Of a stretch of DNA of 64,000 bases, positions 1 through 13,262 are shown in pieces. Under the pieces are notes generated by a model that saw only the letters and a list, made by a program, of their open reading frames with translations, searched no databases and had not been told where the DNA came from. The first letter of the stretch is position 1; each line of letters starts with the position of its first letter. The DNA comes from Catajapyx aquilonaris. Taxonomy: Eukaryota. The DNA is taken from contig KZ538472.1 of the NCBI GenBank assembly GCA_000934665.2, positions 1 to 64,000 on the forward strand, read 5' to 3'. The position numbers and the translations under genes were made by a program.

Positions 1-3000
1 ACAACGGCGTAAGTCCGACGTCTCTCCGACCTCGGGAAGTGGGAGATCTTTTCCATCCTATATCCTCCTCGGATTGGGGCTTTATATATATTAGATGTTT
101 CATACATTTTCTCGTAATTATCAGCAAATATTTCGCTGGCGTTAATTTCTACCTGCTTGGCCCTCCATTGCACAAGAGAGCACCAATATCACCTCACCCT
201 GCCGAGTTGTGATTTAATGCTCATAAATCAATCTTGGCAATATCGCCAGCAATCATGACGATGATTTCACTGCTTATGTCATTGGGTCTATTTGTCCCAT
301 TGCCCGTCTATAAATAATCCAACAGTGAGTGCAATAGGACCCTCGTTAGTTCAGTCATGCCGCTGAATTAGTTTGGACTTGGAGGACAGTATGAGGAGCA
401 GGGTCTTTTCGGCTCCACAGGGGGTGTCAAAAACCCCACCTCTGAACCCAGGGAGTTTGGAATTTCGTGTCGCTTTTGGTGGTGGCCCAACCTTTTTAGC
501 CCCATTTCCTACCCGCAGGCATCCGCAGGTACAACACAATGTTGGTCTTTTCCAAGGTTGGGCCATGTTAATTGGAAGACCCAACTCCACTGCCGAAAAT
601 GTCCCAAGGGCCCTCCACACCGTGAGCTCATAAATAGGACCTCCCTGCTTGCTTGGGCGGATCATCTGCACACATATATTCTTTCGACTGGCAGTCAAAC
701 TTAACATCTGGCGAACTGAAAGAAAAATGTCACAAAATACTGCCACTAGTCATACTTTATGCGAATACACCCTCGAGCGCCGTACCAAAACACTAATGTA
801 ATCAAATAAAACCCCTAGCCAAATAGCAACTTTCAGAACACGCTAACACCTAGACGTCTTATAAATAAAAGGACGTCACGTACTGCAGGTTAAAGTTCCA
901 CTTGCTCTGACATGGAAGATAACTTATGTACACTGCTGTAACATATATTCTGTGTAATATGCTCGAGATTTATTTTGACACCCCACACGGTTCCAAATGA
1001 GTTCTAAGCATTAGTGCCATTCGTTTCCCATTCCTTTTCCACTAGGAGGGTGCAGCATTCTCTGTTGACATAATGACATAATTCGTACGCTAAATCATCA
1101 CCTTGGGATCCGGATTTCGGCTGGCTAGTAATAGTAAATATGGTCGCTTTTTTGCCCTTAGCTACAAGTGGGCGCAAAGGGTCGCGCAACTCATCACATT
1201 TAATTGTTTTAGTCTGACTTTTGCCAACTCTTACCCAAATTGGATGAATGACATTGTCGTTTCACTGCGTGTGTGCAACCTGCGATTTCGGCACACTTGG
1301 CAAAAAAAACAGAAGATTAATATTCAGTTGTGTCCGTGTAAAAAAAACTTACACTTCCCAAGTTGTCTTGTTATCCTGTATACAAAACTACTACTGCAGG
1401 GGAGAGAGTGGCGCCAGAGAGTTATATCTTTAATTTCCAGCCTGACATTATTATGTGTTGTGCGAATAATGTACGTTTCCTTTCACTTTTATCCTCAACT
1501 GCAGCATGAAGTTAAACCTATATCCCATGCAAATCATTATTGAATGAAGCAGTTGCACAATTCATATTTTAACATAAAATCAACGTTGGTTTCAGGATAA
1601 ATGTTCGGTATAAATAGATAGAAAAATCATATTCCACGCAATTAATCAACAGACGTGGACTTGTACAAGAAACATTAGTCATAATCAACTCCTCCTCATA
1701 TTTTCTCTCTTCAGATATTCCTGCCATAAATCACCAAGTTCGATACGCCTTATTGGCCGTATAATTATCGGCAGAGATTTTTCTTCCCCTCACCAAAGCA
1801 AAGTATATTGATGAATGTCTGACGTTTCGTTCACTAAATCATTCGAAACGAACCCAAGAGTGTGTATCAACGTAACAATATTACAATATGATAAAAATAG
1901 GCATGGCTTCAACCTTCTGATACCGCACCTCAGGCATATCACCCACTTCCGGTTGGTGCACATTTAATGGCTAGTTGAAGAAGTCAACATTTCTTGTGGT
2001 CTTATATGGAAGGAGTTGTGAGACAGCTGAGAACGTACCTTGGCAAGGTGAAATACGTAGGAAGGAAAAGGGAGAGTCGCCAACGCCCAGGACTGCTCCC
2101 AAAATGGGGGCATTCTAAAGGGACCTAACAGGTCATTCTATCGGTCAGGTGGGGGCTAAGGGAGGACACACGGCACGCAAGGAGCATTTGTATACCTCGC
2201 CTTATATGGGAGCCCTGCGAGTGAAAGGTTGGGGAACAGATGTTCTGATACTAGGACTTCCACTCTTCAATGCCTGGCTCATTATCGGTAGTTTTATATT
2301 AAAACGGTACACACTGACGTAGACGTCGCGTCATACATGCCAGTATATCGACACAACTTGCTACCTACAAACTTGCAAGCTCGAGGGTTCCCCAAAATGA
2401 CAAGCTCACCATTGTTCTATCACTCCAAACGGCCACCTACGACTTAGTGCAAGTGGCAGTGAAGCCATCGCTGACTATTCCCGAGTCTCCTTACCTCCTA
2501 AAAATTCTTATCTTAGCCCTCCCACTGCTCCATACGTCTAACCTGCCCTCCTCCCCCCTCACCATTTTTATTTGCTTGTTTTAGGACGCATCTCGTGGAC
2601 AGCCTGAACCGCGCCCTGTCCCGATCCTTGTCGCCAGTTTCCTTTTCGTATTATTTCCTTCAGAGACAAATGGCTGGGAGGTGAGGTCGATGGATGGACG
2701 GGTTGATTCACCAGCATCAACTTTAGACCGACAAAATCGTATTCCAAGGTGAAACGGGAGGAGGAGGAGACTCAAGGTTCCCTACTATTCAATTTTCATT
2801 GCTTTCATTCCGGGAAAGGATCTTGACAAAAACCAGTCGTGGGATGTTGGGATCAACACATGATACCTGAGTCATTTAAATCAGGTTTATATAATCAACA
2901 TTTCAAAGGTGAGGTCAAACTCAGCTGTGTCATGCAGGGAGGGCAAAACCATGCAGTTCCTCAAATGCTTCAACCAGTTGGTCAAATTGATTGGGGCCTG

Positions 3001-6000
3001 AAGCTGCTGGGCATTTTGACGTGAATATCGAGTATTGTGATATCTCGCTTTGGATAGAGAGTATATACATGTGTTTTGTCAGCCGACATGTAGCCTTATG
3101 ACTGTCCATTTAAAAGCTATACCAGCACAGATTTGCTCAACTAATGGGGGTGGATGTGACCGACATCGACACCGTCAAGTTTAAATTGCGTATAACAAAC
3201 TTTCACTCCTAAATGAATGTTGCACAATAAGCTGGTCGACACTGCAAAAGCACCACCCTGTCATTCATCCTCATATAGCCTGCAGAGCAATCCCACTCCT
3301 TTATGCAAATTAATTTTCTAAAAACTGGGCCCATTCATGCATAAAAAGCAGTCAAAGACTTGGGCTGGGGGAAGATGACCCGTGGGCGTGACTGCGTGTA
3401 ATTAGACCGGCTGGATTAGTTCATATATGTATGTGGTTCCGGCCATCCGGCTCTTTTATCATTAAGCCGGATTAAACAGAGCTGTACACAATGATCACGC
3501 CAAGGTCCACAATATACTTATTCAACGCCCAGGACTGTCATTTGAAATTATTAAAAGTTTCATTAACTCTGAATGAAAACGAGTTTGATGTGGTTCATTG
3601 ATGTAAGTTATACAATATACAAACATAGCTTTTAAATCTCGTTTAGAATTTCGGATTTTAGAAACTATTACAAGTAGTATATAGCCTACAGTTTACAAAA
3701 TTGTTCGAATGTTGGACTCGCCATACCATATTCCGTTCGAGTTCAAGTTCTATAACAGATTGTGTTGACATTGCGGCTTGCACACACAGCCGCTTCTTTT
3801 GCCCAAGCAAACTGAATCGCGATTTTGCATGTAAAAATACGCTTCTAACGTTGTGGGCAAAAGAAATGGTTATGTGTACAGAATATATGCTCGCTGAAAT
3901 TAATCTTCTAATGCAATGAAACATATATAAATAAGCCCTCACAGTATCCCATAACTTATACCACTCGTCTACTACTCCACAGGACGCGTGCTCCAATCCA
4001 CAAATCAACGTCACAACCCTGCTTAAAACGAAGCAACTGGGTATACACACTATTACCGTTACTAATGTTGATGAAGCAGAGCCTGGGAAAATAATTCCCT
4101 GTTGTAATAGGCTAACCAGTTGTTGACTTATCTGGCAGTGAAGGAGGAATACGACAGGAGAGGCAGCCATGAATGACAGGCGTAATTAATTGATCTGCAC
4201 GATAAGGCCTGTTTTGTGGAGAGGATACCCCCTTGGGCCTAACCGCATTTGACTTGAACAAATAGGAGGCAGCCTAGCTGAATTCCAAAGTCGTCCGCTC
4301 CAATATCTCAAAGCCACTCTCCTTCCATCACTCAGCTTTATTTACACAGGTAGACCTATTGTTTTCTTCTTACCTCCGACTTCCCATTTCGAGACTTGCC
4401 TTCCGGCAAGCGATATAACCGCTACTACCTTTTTAACCCTAGAAGACCGCGGAAAGATACGCAACTACTTTACGCTGCACCGCATGTTAAAGCACACAAT
4501 AGCTGGTATATCCCACAAACACAAAACTGGTAATTCCAGCTTGAACTTGGCATAATGAAGCGGAAATGCCCACACACTTATACCTTCTGCTCCACGGAGC
4601 GTCGCAAATCGCCCACTGGGAACTTATGACGGATAAAGCCTGCCCAGGTGTGGCTCTTGTCAACCTGTCCGAGGCTGTGAAGTGCATGTTTGATACGACC
4701 ACTTGCCTTGATCTGCTTGGTCCAATGGCTCAGACAGGCATGTTTGTGACCAAGCTGTGATTTGAATTGTCACACCTTACATGGACCACCTACGAGGGGC
4801 GATCTAATAGTTTTTTTCCCCCCCGCTCCTGAGTATGAATGAGAAACAGGCGTGAGACTCCACACGTGTTTACCCATAATATATGTGCCCATCGCTAGAC
4901 TCTAAAAATGTACCAGGATGCTTCCTTCGGTCTCAATGGAACCTATTCGATAGACAATGCACTCTCATCGAGTGAACCGATTTAAAAATCGGCCCTGTCT
5001 TGGTTGCGCCATTGCATTGGCGTGAAGAGAGGCCACGAAATCAAGTGTCTGCTTTGTTTGGTCACGAATAGGGCTGCTCAATTCCGGCCGTGAACTTCCC
5101 GTATAAAAGCTGAGTTTGTTGTCAGACGCCTATGAATGAAACATGTGAAGCATGGAGAAAAGACTCTGCTGGTGTGAAAGGCACTTTTGTCCAACTCTGT
5201 TTCGCGTATCGCTTTATTCAGAACTCGAGCAGCATCCGGAGCCTAAAGAGGCTGATATGGTTTTAATATGTTATAATGAAGGTTGGCATGTGGCTGGTGG
5301 AGTTCTTGCACGCTTCGCCATGACTTCATAAGTCATAGAGGGCAATACCACAAGAAGCGCCGAGGGATTGCACATCCGGGCAGCAGTTTCACACGGCCGA
5401 CAGGTTCGGGACATTTGGCGAAATTGAGCAATGGAGGCCTTGTTTATGAAGTCCGAAAGGAATTAAGGTCACATCGTCCCAAGCATCATCCGCATATAAA
5501 CATGAGGGCTGCCCTTTTTGGCAATACGAAATTTCTAGAGAAATCCTCTGGCGCAACCACCAGCGCTTTAATTTTTTTTTCTGCCCAGAAATGGGCATAG
5601 TAAGTTGTAGCATGGTTGTAGCTATAATGTTGAAGCATCAAGGGGTAAGCCTCATCAAACTGTTCTGACAGACTTCTGTACTTCCAAACATGTTCTTTTT
5701 ATAATATTATAGGCTATTAGTACTTACAAGAAGATTATGGGTTTATATTTCACTGTCATAAATGTATAATGAACCCTCGCTGAACTAAACGGCCGTTGTA
5801 GTGAAGCCCATCTGAACCCCGTCTATCATGAAAATGATGAAGCTGTCGAGTATTGAATATGCAATGCCCTCACGGAACAAAGGCTCAGCCTGCACAACTG
5901 ACTCACACATCCTTTATCAATCGCCACGAAACCAACACTTTGTGCAATAATATTCCTAGTAAAGCCAATTCAAGTGATGGTTTTCGTGGCTTACGCATCT

Positions 6001-6595
6001 TGATCGCTACATTGTACAATCTTCCCTTGAGAAATTGGTGTTTCAGTGTCGGCGACGAGTAAAAATGATTGCAGCCTTCACACGTCGGATGTGAGCAATC
6101 ATGCGCATCAAGGTGACAGTAGTTGCCGTTGATACTAACCATCAAGACCGCCTACAAAATCTCTGCCGCAGACAGGATACTACTCCCCATTTTATTTATC
6201 CGATCTATTTGTACAGCCCATGTTTCAGCCTTGTAACGAGATTAGATTGAAACAGGAGTGTGAACTAGTTTGCTTACGTGCAGGTGTGGCAAAACGTAAT
6301 TAACATGGTCCATGATGATTTGCCCAAAGCAAACCGTAAATGCGACCCTAAATTAGATTTCCGGAGGGAAAAAAAGCAGCCGTGAAAAACCTTGCAACTT
6401 CATTACAGTGCGATCTCCAGTGGGGAAACCTCTTTGCAATTGGTGTCACCAGGGCGTCACTTTATGAGCCCGTAATAAAAAGTAACAAGATCAAATAGAA
6501 CACAGTCTCGTCTATATTGTATAGCCCTTCAAATGTTCATTTTTTTTTATCTGCGGCAAAACCGGTTCGAAATAAATATATACGTTCAAAATGCA

Positions 6596-6721
6596 GGGCC
6601 GGTTTCACCGAGCTTGGTATATGATAAAACCAGGTTTCTTTAGGAAAATCCATACAAATAGATAGGGATTTTGAGAAATACCCTGGTTTTATCATATACT
6701 GAGCTCGGTGAAACCGGCCCC
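6596..6721. mobile_element. Short Harbinger-type MITE
   Basis: Inverted ends GGGCCGGTTTCACCGAGCT...AGCTCGGTGAAACCGGCCC. Confidence 0.7.
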
Positions 6722-8566
6722 TAGACATACTATCGTGGACAAAATATTCCGCATGTCTGATTTTTAAAATTAGAAGTCCTGCGGCAAAAAAGCTACTTCC
6801 GGGATAATGAACATACTCTTCTTTGGCCGATGACCGTCTCCCATCATTTTGCCCCTGATAGTACCTAACTTGTAAATTGCTCTTGCATTGCCTCCCAACG
6901 CCCATCTCCTGCAATTCGAGAGATCCGGAGAGGTGGTAAAAGTAGCATGGACGCCACAAATCATCATTGAATGCCACTGGCATTTTCAGTTCTTTTTTTT
7001 CTCTCTCTCTTTAGGATCCTTTTCCCTAGCCGGTTCGTGCACAGTATTTCATGTGTCTTTTGGCGGGCCGAATTTGGAGGGCAAAGCAGAGCCGGAGGTG
7101 GCGGCGGCTACATGCTGTGTCCCGCGTTTCGGATGCATTACGGTAGGAGACCGAGGAGTATCCGAGTGGTCGTCCATCAAAGTTGGGATGCTCTTGAGGC
7201 ATTTTGGAGGCCCCTCGGTGCGGCACAGTAATAAGAAACTAGCCCAAACTGCTCTCGGGAATTTACAAGATTTGTTGGTGTCCTGCACGCGCTTCGGAAA
7301 CCAATAATTTCCAGATATCGAACACTGATTTTGTCTTAGGAAACGTCTGGCAGGCTAGTTGAAGAACAATCTGTAGGGCCGTCTCAAAAGCTCGCTTTAG
7401 GGTAAAATTTGAAAGGCTCTTCGGCACATCATCCAAGAGCGCACTTTGCTTGAATTATTAATTACACGGAGGCGGCCCAAAATTTCCCGGACCTGGTCTC
7501 AAAACTTTCCAGGCAGATGCTGTTAGCTGTTCCTTACAATCTTCTTTACCAATACTTTGCCAAGTTCAGGGGATAACTGAACTACGCTGTTTCTGTGCAC
7601 AAGGCGCTGGGTATTCACACATCCCCCCCCCCTCCGCTCCGCTCGGCAAGGTTGCTCTGATAAAAAGGACGGTCATTCCACCCCAATGGACGTGACAGGT
7701 GCTTAAGATATTGTGTGTTCAGCACTCGTACTTTCTCTGAACAAAAGCGGCTAAATAGGGGCAAGTTCCGAAATGGACCGATCATAATCAGCGCTCTGAG
7801 AGTTGGCAAGCTCTATTTTTCCGGCTAAAAATATCTGGGTACCAAAAAGATGTTCCGGTCCTCCTCCTTCCACATCTCAACCCGTTAGACACTGTGTCAG
7901 TAAACCTATTTACACGTGGACATGTTCTGGTGGCAGGTGAAATTCGTCACGATTGCAGACTCCTGAAGCTCATTTTCACGCGCAATTTACGTGGCCGCAA
8001 GACCGTGACAGACTGACATGAAATATGGACCATAAACAAATGATCAGCCCTCCTCCCTGATGATTCACCTTGTTTGCATTGTTATCGCAACACAATAGCG
8101 ATAGTTGAAAACTGGACTAATTAGCTTCGCGTATTATTGGAAGGTGCATGAGCAATTCGGAGATTTATTTTACAGCATGTAAAAAAAATATATTCTGCGA
8201 AATTCACGCAAGCCGTTGAGTCACCTAGTGCATGTGAGTTTCTCATTACGAATGGTAAAAAAAAAAGATCCTTTGAGGAAAATCCTTTCCGGACTTTACG
8301 TTATTCAATTAAGCTTTGGAAGCTTGCAAGCCAGAATGTCGCGTAATTGCCCAGGGAGGTTCGGGCTGTCAAGAGTTTGACTACTTTGCGACAAGTTTCC
8401 GAGAACACATCTGCAATACAAAACTGAACTTCCCTCCAACTAGTTCACCAACATTAGTGCGAGCTCCCCCTTTTTCCGGTCTTTCTTTCTAACCCTCGAT
8501 AAGAAATCCGTCTTGCAAATTTATTTTCGTAAGCTCTTTTCCCTTTTCCCCTGTCACAATCCCTAC

Positions 8567-8680
8567 CTTTCTCCTAGGGAACCTGTTGAACGCATGCGAG
8601 TTGGAGTAGAGATAGAGGATCCCTAGTGCAGCACATGAGAGCAGCGCTTGCAGGAGCCGGCGCCTCTTGGCTCGCCACAT
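8567..8680 (-). CDS. Probable first coding exon of a type II (signal-anchor) membrane protein, e.g. a Golgi glycosyltransferase or glycosidase; downstream exons not identified
   Basis: ATG in an AACATG context encodes MWRAKRRRLLQALLSCAALGILYLYSNSHAFNRFPRRK (basic N-tail plus hydrophobic anchor). It ends at a phase-0 donor AAG|GTAGGG. A CpG-rich stretch lies upstream (8640-8900). Confidence 0.45.
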
Positions 8681-9073
8681 GTTCCTCTGACCGCCGTGCG
8701 CGGTTCATTCACTCAACTAGTGGAGCCCGAGGGGTCCCATCATACGAGCAGCCAAACTACCCCGGCCCACATCGCCGCGCAGACTGAACTCGATCCCAAG
8801 GTTCCGCGCTCCTTTTACCTTCACACACTTCCCGCCACTCGAGGCGGTGCGCGGCCGACTCCGTTTACAATACTGAGAATCCAGACGGAACCCTAATTTT
8901 GCTTGCGACGAGGAGTGTACTCTTGGGTGGGAGTATATGAAGGGAGGATGAGGAATGCAATGGAGCCGCGAGAAAGGCATGGGTTTCAGTTATATTAAAG
9001 TGGCTGATGCACATAGTGGTACTCGTAATAATTTCAGCGAAATCCAACATTATTATTTGGGGGGGGGGGGGGG

Positions 9074-9137
9074 NNNNNNNNNNNNNNNNNNNNNNNNNNN
9101 NNNNNNNNNNNNNNNNNNNNNNNNNNNNNNNNNNNNN
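9074..9137. other. Assembly gap (N run); a second gap lies at 21666-21690
   Basis: N bases. Confidence 1.
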
Positions 9138-9355
9138 GGGGTCGTCTCTGGCTTCGTCTCGGGTGGTATATCCACAGACTAAACCACCCGGGGGAGTTCA
9201 CAAAACGACCAAGCACCGTTACTGCACTGCACTTGCACATCCCCTCCTGTCATCCTGCCCGTGGGCCCGGGCGCTTCGAATATGGCACCATGTATACTTC
9301 GATTGAAATAAAGGTCCGTGCAAATACCCTCTGGGTGAGCACTAACCCAACAATT
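9138..9355 (+). mobile_element. tRNA-derived SINE family A (5' end lost in N gap)
   Basis: Matches the reverse complements of 14443-14700 and 31400-31717 (GTCTCTGGCTTCGTCTCGGGTGG...GCACATCCCCTCC) and has an (ATT)n tail. Confidence 0.8.
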
Positions 9356-10143
9356 ATTATTAATTATTAATTATTATTATAATACTAAATCTTCAGTTCT
9401 CTTCTACGGCTTCGGACTCTGGAATAGACCACGGGGGTACCAGCCCAAATGCTGAAGCAGGTATTCCCTCAGGTAGGCAGGTACATAGTACGTTATGAAG
9501 GGTATGCACAGGTATGCAAAGTTTATAATCATATTTTTTCAAGTTTGGGCTGATGTCACCGAGGTTGTCAGAGGCCTGTGTAAAACTTTAGAAACTAACC
9601 ATGTCCTGGTTCAAATATTGTTATCTCTCTTTTTTCACATCCTTGTTTATCACGTCTTGGCAACATTATATTGAGACCATAGGTCACATACAAGGGTGAG
9701 CATGTTTGTTTGCCTTTTCAGTCACAAATACAATGACGTGGTTCTTGCGTTGTATTGCAGCAGGAAAATTGATATTTGATTTGCCAATATGGCCCAATAA
9801 AGCTAATTAGGTGTTAGTACCGTGAAACCTGTATGCTATGGAATCAGGTTTATTATTATAGTATTTGTTTGGCCTCTGCAGAGAATTTTCAACATATTTC
9901 TGTCACACATAAGGGAAACCTGTTAAGTGAGGATTTTTTTTGGAGCATAGCAACATTGGAAACCGTAAACTATAATAGGTTTCACTTTACAACCTTATGA
10001 AAATTTATCATGTATCCCTATATGGTACGGTGGTCCAGGAAGTCTGTCCAAGCAAAAGGCCCTTGAATATATACAAAATTTAAACAAATGAAGGAATGAA
10101 AATAAATAAAGTGGAAAATACAGGGTATTGCACTACCCCCCCN

Positions 10144-10263
10144 ATGACTCATGTAAACAAACGCAACCAATTGTTTACAGCTTGTTTACATGAGTCATGA
10201 TTGGTCCGCGGCGTCAACGCGACCAAAAACCAAAACCGTCGACGGCCTGTGTGAATGGGCCTT
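10144..10263. mobile_element. MITE family F, right half
   Basis: Ends in CCGTCGACGGCCTGTGTGAATGGGCCT; the left part is lost next to an N. Confidence 0.75.
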
Positions 10264-10313
10264 TACTCTACCTAGAAACATGAGGCCGTTTGGTGTTTAA
10301 CTTGCCTTAGTTC

Positions 10314-10569
10314 GGGGAGGTGTAGATGGCCGAGATGGTAACGTCTCGGCTTGCTGAGTGAAAGGCCCCAGGTTCGATCCCCGCCTGGGGAACTTTCCTT
10401 TCACCTGCGTCAGGAGGGTCTCTGACCTGCACCAAGGAGGTGTCTGGCAACCTAACCTCCTGGGGAACAGCACCGGTGAATGAAGTTAATAATATGAAAA
10501 TGGAGTGAAATGGTGGTATTCCACCCCCCCTAAAAAGGCTCAGCCTTATCACGGGGTAACGCAAAAAAA
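10314..10569 (+). mobile_element. tRNA(Ala-like)-headed SINE family B, internally deleted
   Basis: A and B boxes (GATGGCCGAGATGG; GGTTCGATCCCC) and a 15-bp TSD AACTTGCCTTAGTTC at 10299 and 10570. The first ~160 nt are nearly identical to the copy at 44604. Confidence 0.88.
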
Positions 10570-10638
10570 AACTTGCCTTAGTTCATGAGAATGTAGTATC
10601 ATACACAATAAATGCTGTAATTTACCTACACCGACTTC

Positions 10639-10858
10639 CAGTGGTGGATTTGCCCCNCCCCCCCCCCATGGAAAAAACGGAACAAAAGAAAAAAAACCGG
10701 TGGAAACTCGCAAAAACCCTCTAGAACAGTGCAATTTTGCGGTCGTGACTCCGAATTTGGGGTTGCGAGGAAGGGTTGTGACCTTGAACCGAAAAAATTT
10801 CGCATGCGGCGGGCCCTGATCACCCCCCTCCCCAGAAAAATTCCTGGATCCGCCACTG
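10639..10858. mobile_element. hAT-type MITE
   Basis: TIR CAGTGG(T/C)GGAT and a perfect 8-bp TSD CCGACTTC at 10631 and 10859. Confidence 0.85.
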
Positions 10859-11410
10859 CCGACTTCCATACGCATTCGAACGCGATGGGATTAGAATATC
10901 CTTATTCTCGAAGGTTCTCTTCAGCATATCGACATTAATAGACCGGATTGATGCACTGACAGTGAGTGTTTTAGACCAATACAGTGACAGATGACCTCCT
11001 TTATGGTGGTGGTGGTGGGGGGATATAAGAAACGAAGCACAGGCTGCTGACATCCTCATATATAATTATAACGAGAGTGGATGTACGACTTAACCCACTG
11101 CCCGTGTACCGAGAGCACTTAAAAATTTTCCACCCATGTCTTATGCTTCCCTGAGTCCAGAAAAAGTCCAAAATCCGCAATGTTTGGAGTCTAAAAGCCC
11201 CCCAAAAATTCTGCGTTTCTCCGTTTTCCATATTGTTGACAACAATATGACGGTTGCATAGTAATGGATGTAAATAACGTGTTCTTAAAGTGTTCAAGAG
11301 ATTAAAGGACTGTCAGCTTCGCGAGGGTCTTCCCGGCTTGTCTTCCCGGGTCTTCCACTACAATTGCAGAAGGAAATGGTGTCGGTCGTGCAGTACTCCC
11401 TGCAGTACAT

Positions 11411-11798
11411 GTAGTACCCGTTTTACGCCGTTAATTGGTTCCAGCAAAATTAGGCGGAAAGTGAAACGGCGTAAAATGAAACAATATTATAATATGAAAG
11501 TAAATGAGATATGTACCAAAAATTTCCAAAAATTTCCCTCAGACAGTAGCCTACTTAATTTTAACAATACGGTACTGTATTTATCAATAGACCCCGCCAC
11601 AAGGCACCACGAAAAACAAAAAAGAGCCTTTACGGTCGTGTGTTTGGACCCAGAAGTGTTGCAATGATGTGTTTATGATCAGATTGTATTGTTATCGTCA
11701 AATATTTAACAATTTTTCATTCAAAATTTTTAATGTCATTTTCAAACCTGGGTTAATATGAAACGGCGTAAAATGGAGCGGCGTAAAACGGGTACTTA
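11411..11798. mobile_element. pogo/Tigger-like MITE
   Basis: Inverted ends AGTACCCGTTTTACGCCG and CGGCGTAAAACGGGTACT, with internal GAAACGGCGTAAAATG repeats. Confidence 0.65.
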
Positions 11799-12107
11799 CT
11801 CTAGGTCATTATCATAACCAGTCTATTTCCTGGAAATTTGGTTCTGAAATAGGTATCCTGGTTTGGATAATGGCCTACTGACTTATTGCAGTATGATTTA
11901 CTGCGATCTGTACTGACGAACGGGCTTCTAAGGCTGGGAGTTGTGTATGGGTGGTTCAGTTCCTCTGACAGGCTCATACTTAGAAGTATACTTAAGATTT
12001 GAGTATCAACTTGATATGGTATCTTCTGTGACATTTCCAGTGACACAATCATGTGACTTAAATGATGAAAGACTGTATTTTTGTATTTTTTGTATTTTAA
12101 AAAATTT

Positions 12108-12550
12108 GATACCCCGTGCTGGAGCCTTTTGGCTCCTTAAGGGGGGGGGGGTGGAATACCACAATTTTTTCTTACGAATTTTTCTTTCGCATTATTCTCT
12201 CCGGTGCAGGGATCAGGGTAGGGATTTGTGAGGAGGGGACACTGGTGCAAGTGCGTTGTCTTTATGTTGGGGGTCGTGTGCAGTCCCCCAGTGGGTCAGG
12301 TTGCAAGACACCCCCTAGATGCGGGTCAGAAATCCCCACCGACACCTCACCTCCCCATGGATGGGTCAAGGATAGGAAAGGAAGGGGGCGGCTGTGGCCT
12401 ATTATTTACGGAAGCGACCCCGGAATTTTTCTGGGGGGACCGTGGGAAACCACAGAAAACCACGTTCAGGATCGCCGGCCCCGGGACTCGAACCCAGGAC
12501 CTCCCGATTAGCAGTCGGACGCCTTATCCACTCCACCAACGTGCTTCGGT
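12108..12550 (-). mobile_element. Chimeric SINE: family C head with family B-like body
   Basis: The head matches the copies at 46268 and 54121 (CCGACTGCTAATCGGGAGGTCCTGGGTTCGA). The middle resembles the family B body (TCTGACC.GCA...GGTGTCT.GCAACCT.ACC...GCACTTGCACC). The tail is ...CACGGGGTA. Confidence 0.75.
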
Positions 12551-13262
12551 AATATTATGAAACACAGTATAAAACATAAATACATTGAAAATCATCTGCC
12601 AGGTCAAGCTAAGATTCTGTAATTGACACATTCCATTGTCAATGGTCCATTCTGAACAGACAGACGTGTAATACGTAGTATATATAATTTTTTTTTTGCA
12701 ATTTTCCAGCAAAATGAAACTTAAAAATTGAAAAATACCAACTACAAAATCCACCTTGGGCACCCCCATTTTTATGAGGGCAGGAGCTTTCATGCTTCCT
12801 ATTTAAGTTCTCCTCGTTTTCTCAACTCCAGTTCTCTGCATTATTTTGAATGCGAGTCCAGGGAGGGAGAAGGGGAGAAAATGAGGATAAGAAATTAATT
12901 TGACAATCCCTGCATACTCTTTCCCCAGCCTCCATATGTGCACCCTCATTTAATTTCACTAAAAGTGGCCACACTACATTTTAGCAGTAGGCCTACATTT
13001 TCTGCCACTGTCTGTTGGTGGGAGAGTAGGTGCATACAGAGAGAGCAGGGGGAAGCCCACATGACATGACATTTCTGTATCATGGCCCTGTACAGTTAGT
13101 GCTACAATTGATAAACCAGTAGCTTTATTGAACCAGTAATGGTAACAAAAGATCTGTGATAGTAACAATAAAGGATAGCTTCCAAGATCATTTTCCCCTC
13201 CAATCGCCACAATTTTTAGAGGAAGATACTTGTATTAATGTCAGATGAAAAAGTGAAACTCA

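Noticed and set aside
1..4790. Possible decayed retroelement coding fragments and ORFs such as 3658-4170
   Set aside because: No convincing RT, endonuclease, integrase or gag motif could be recognised by eye; a translated search is needed.
10314..10390. tRNA-like sequences here and at 44604, 44998, 46480, 54390 and 31120
   Set aside because: They continue into repeated bodies with TSDs and simple-repeat tails, so they are SINE heads rather than tRNA genes.
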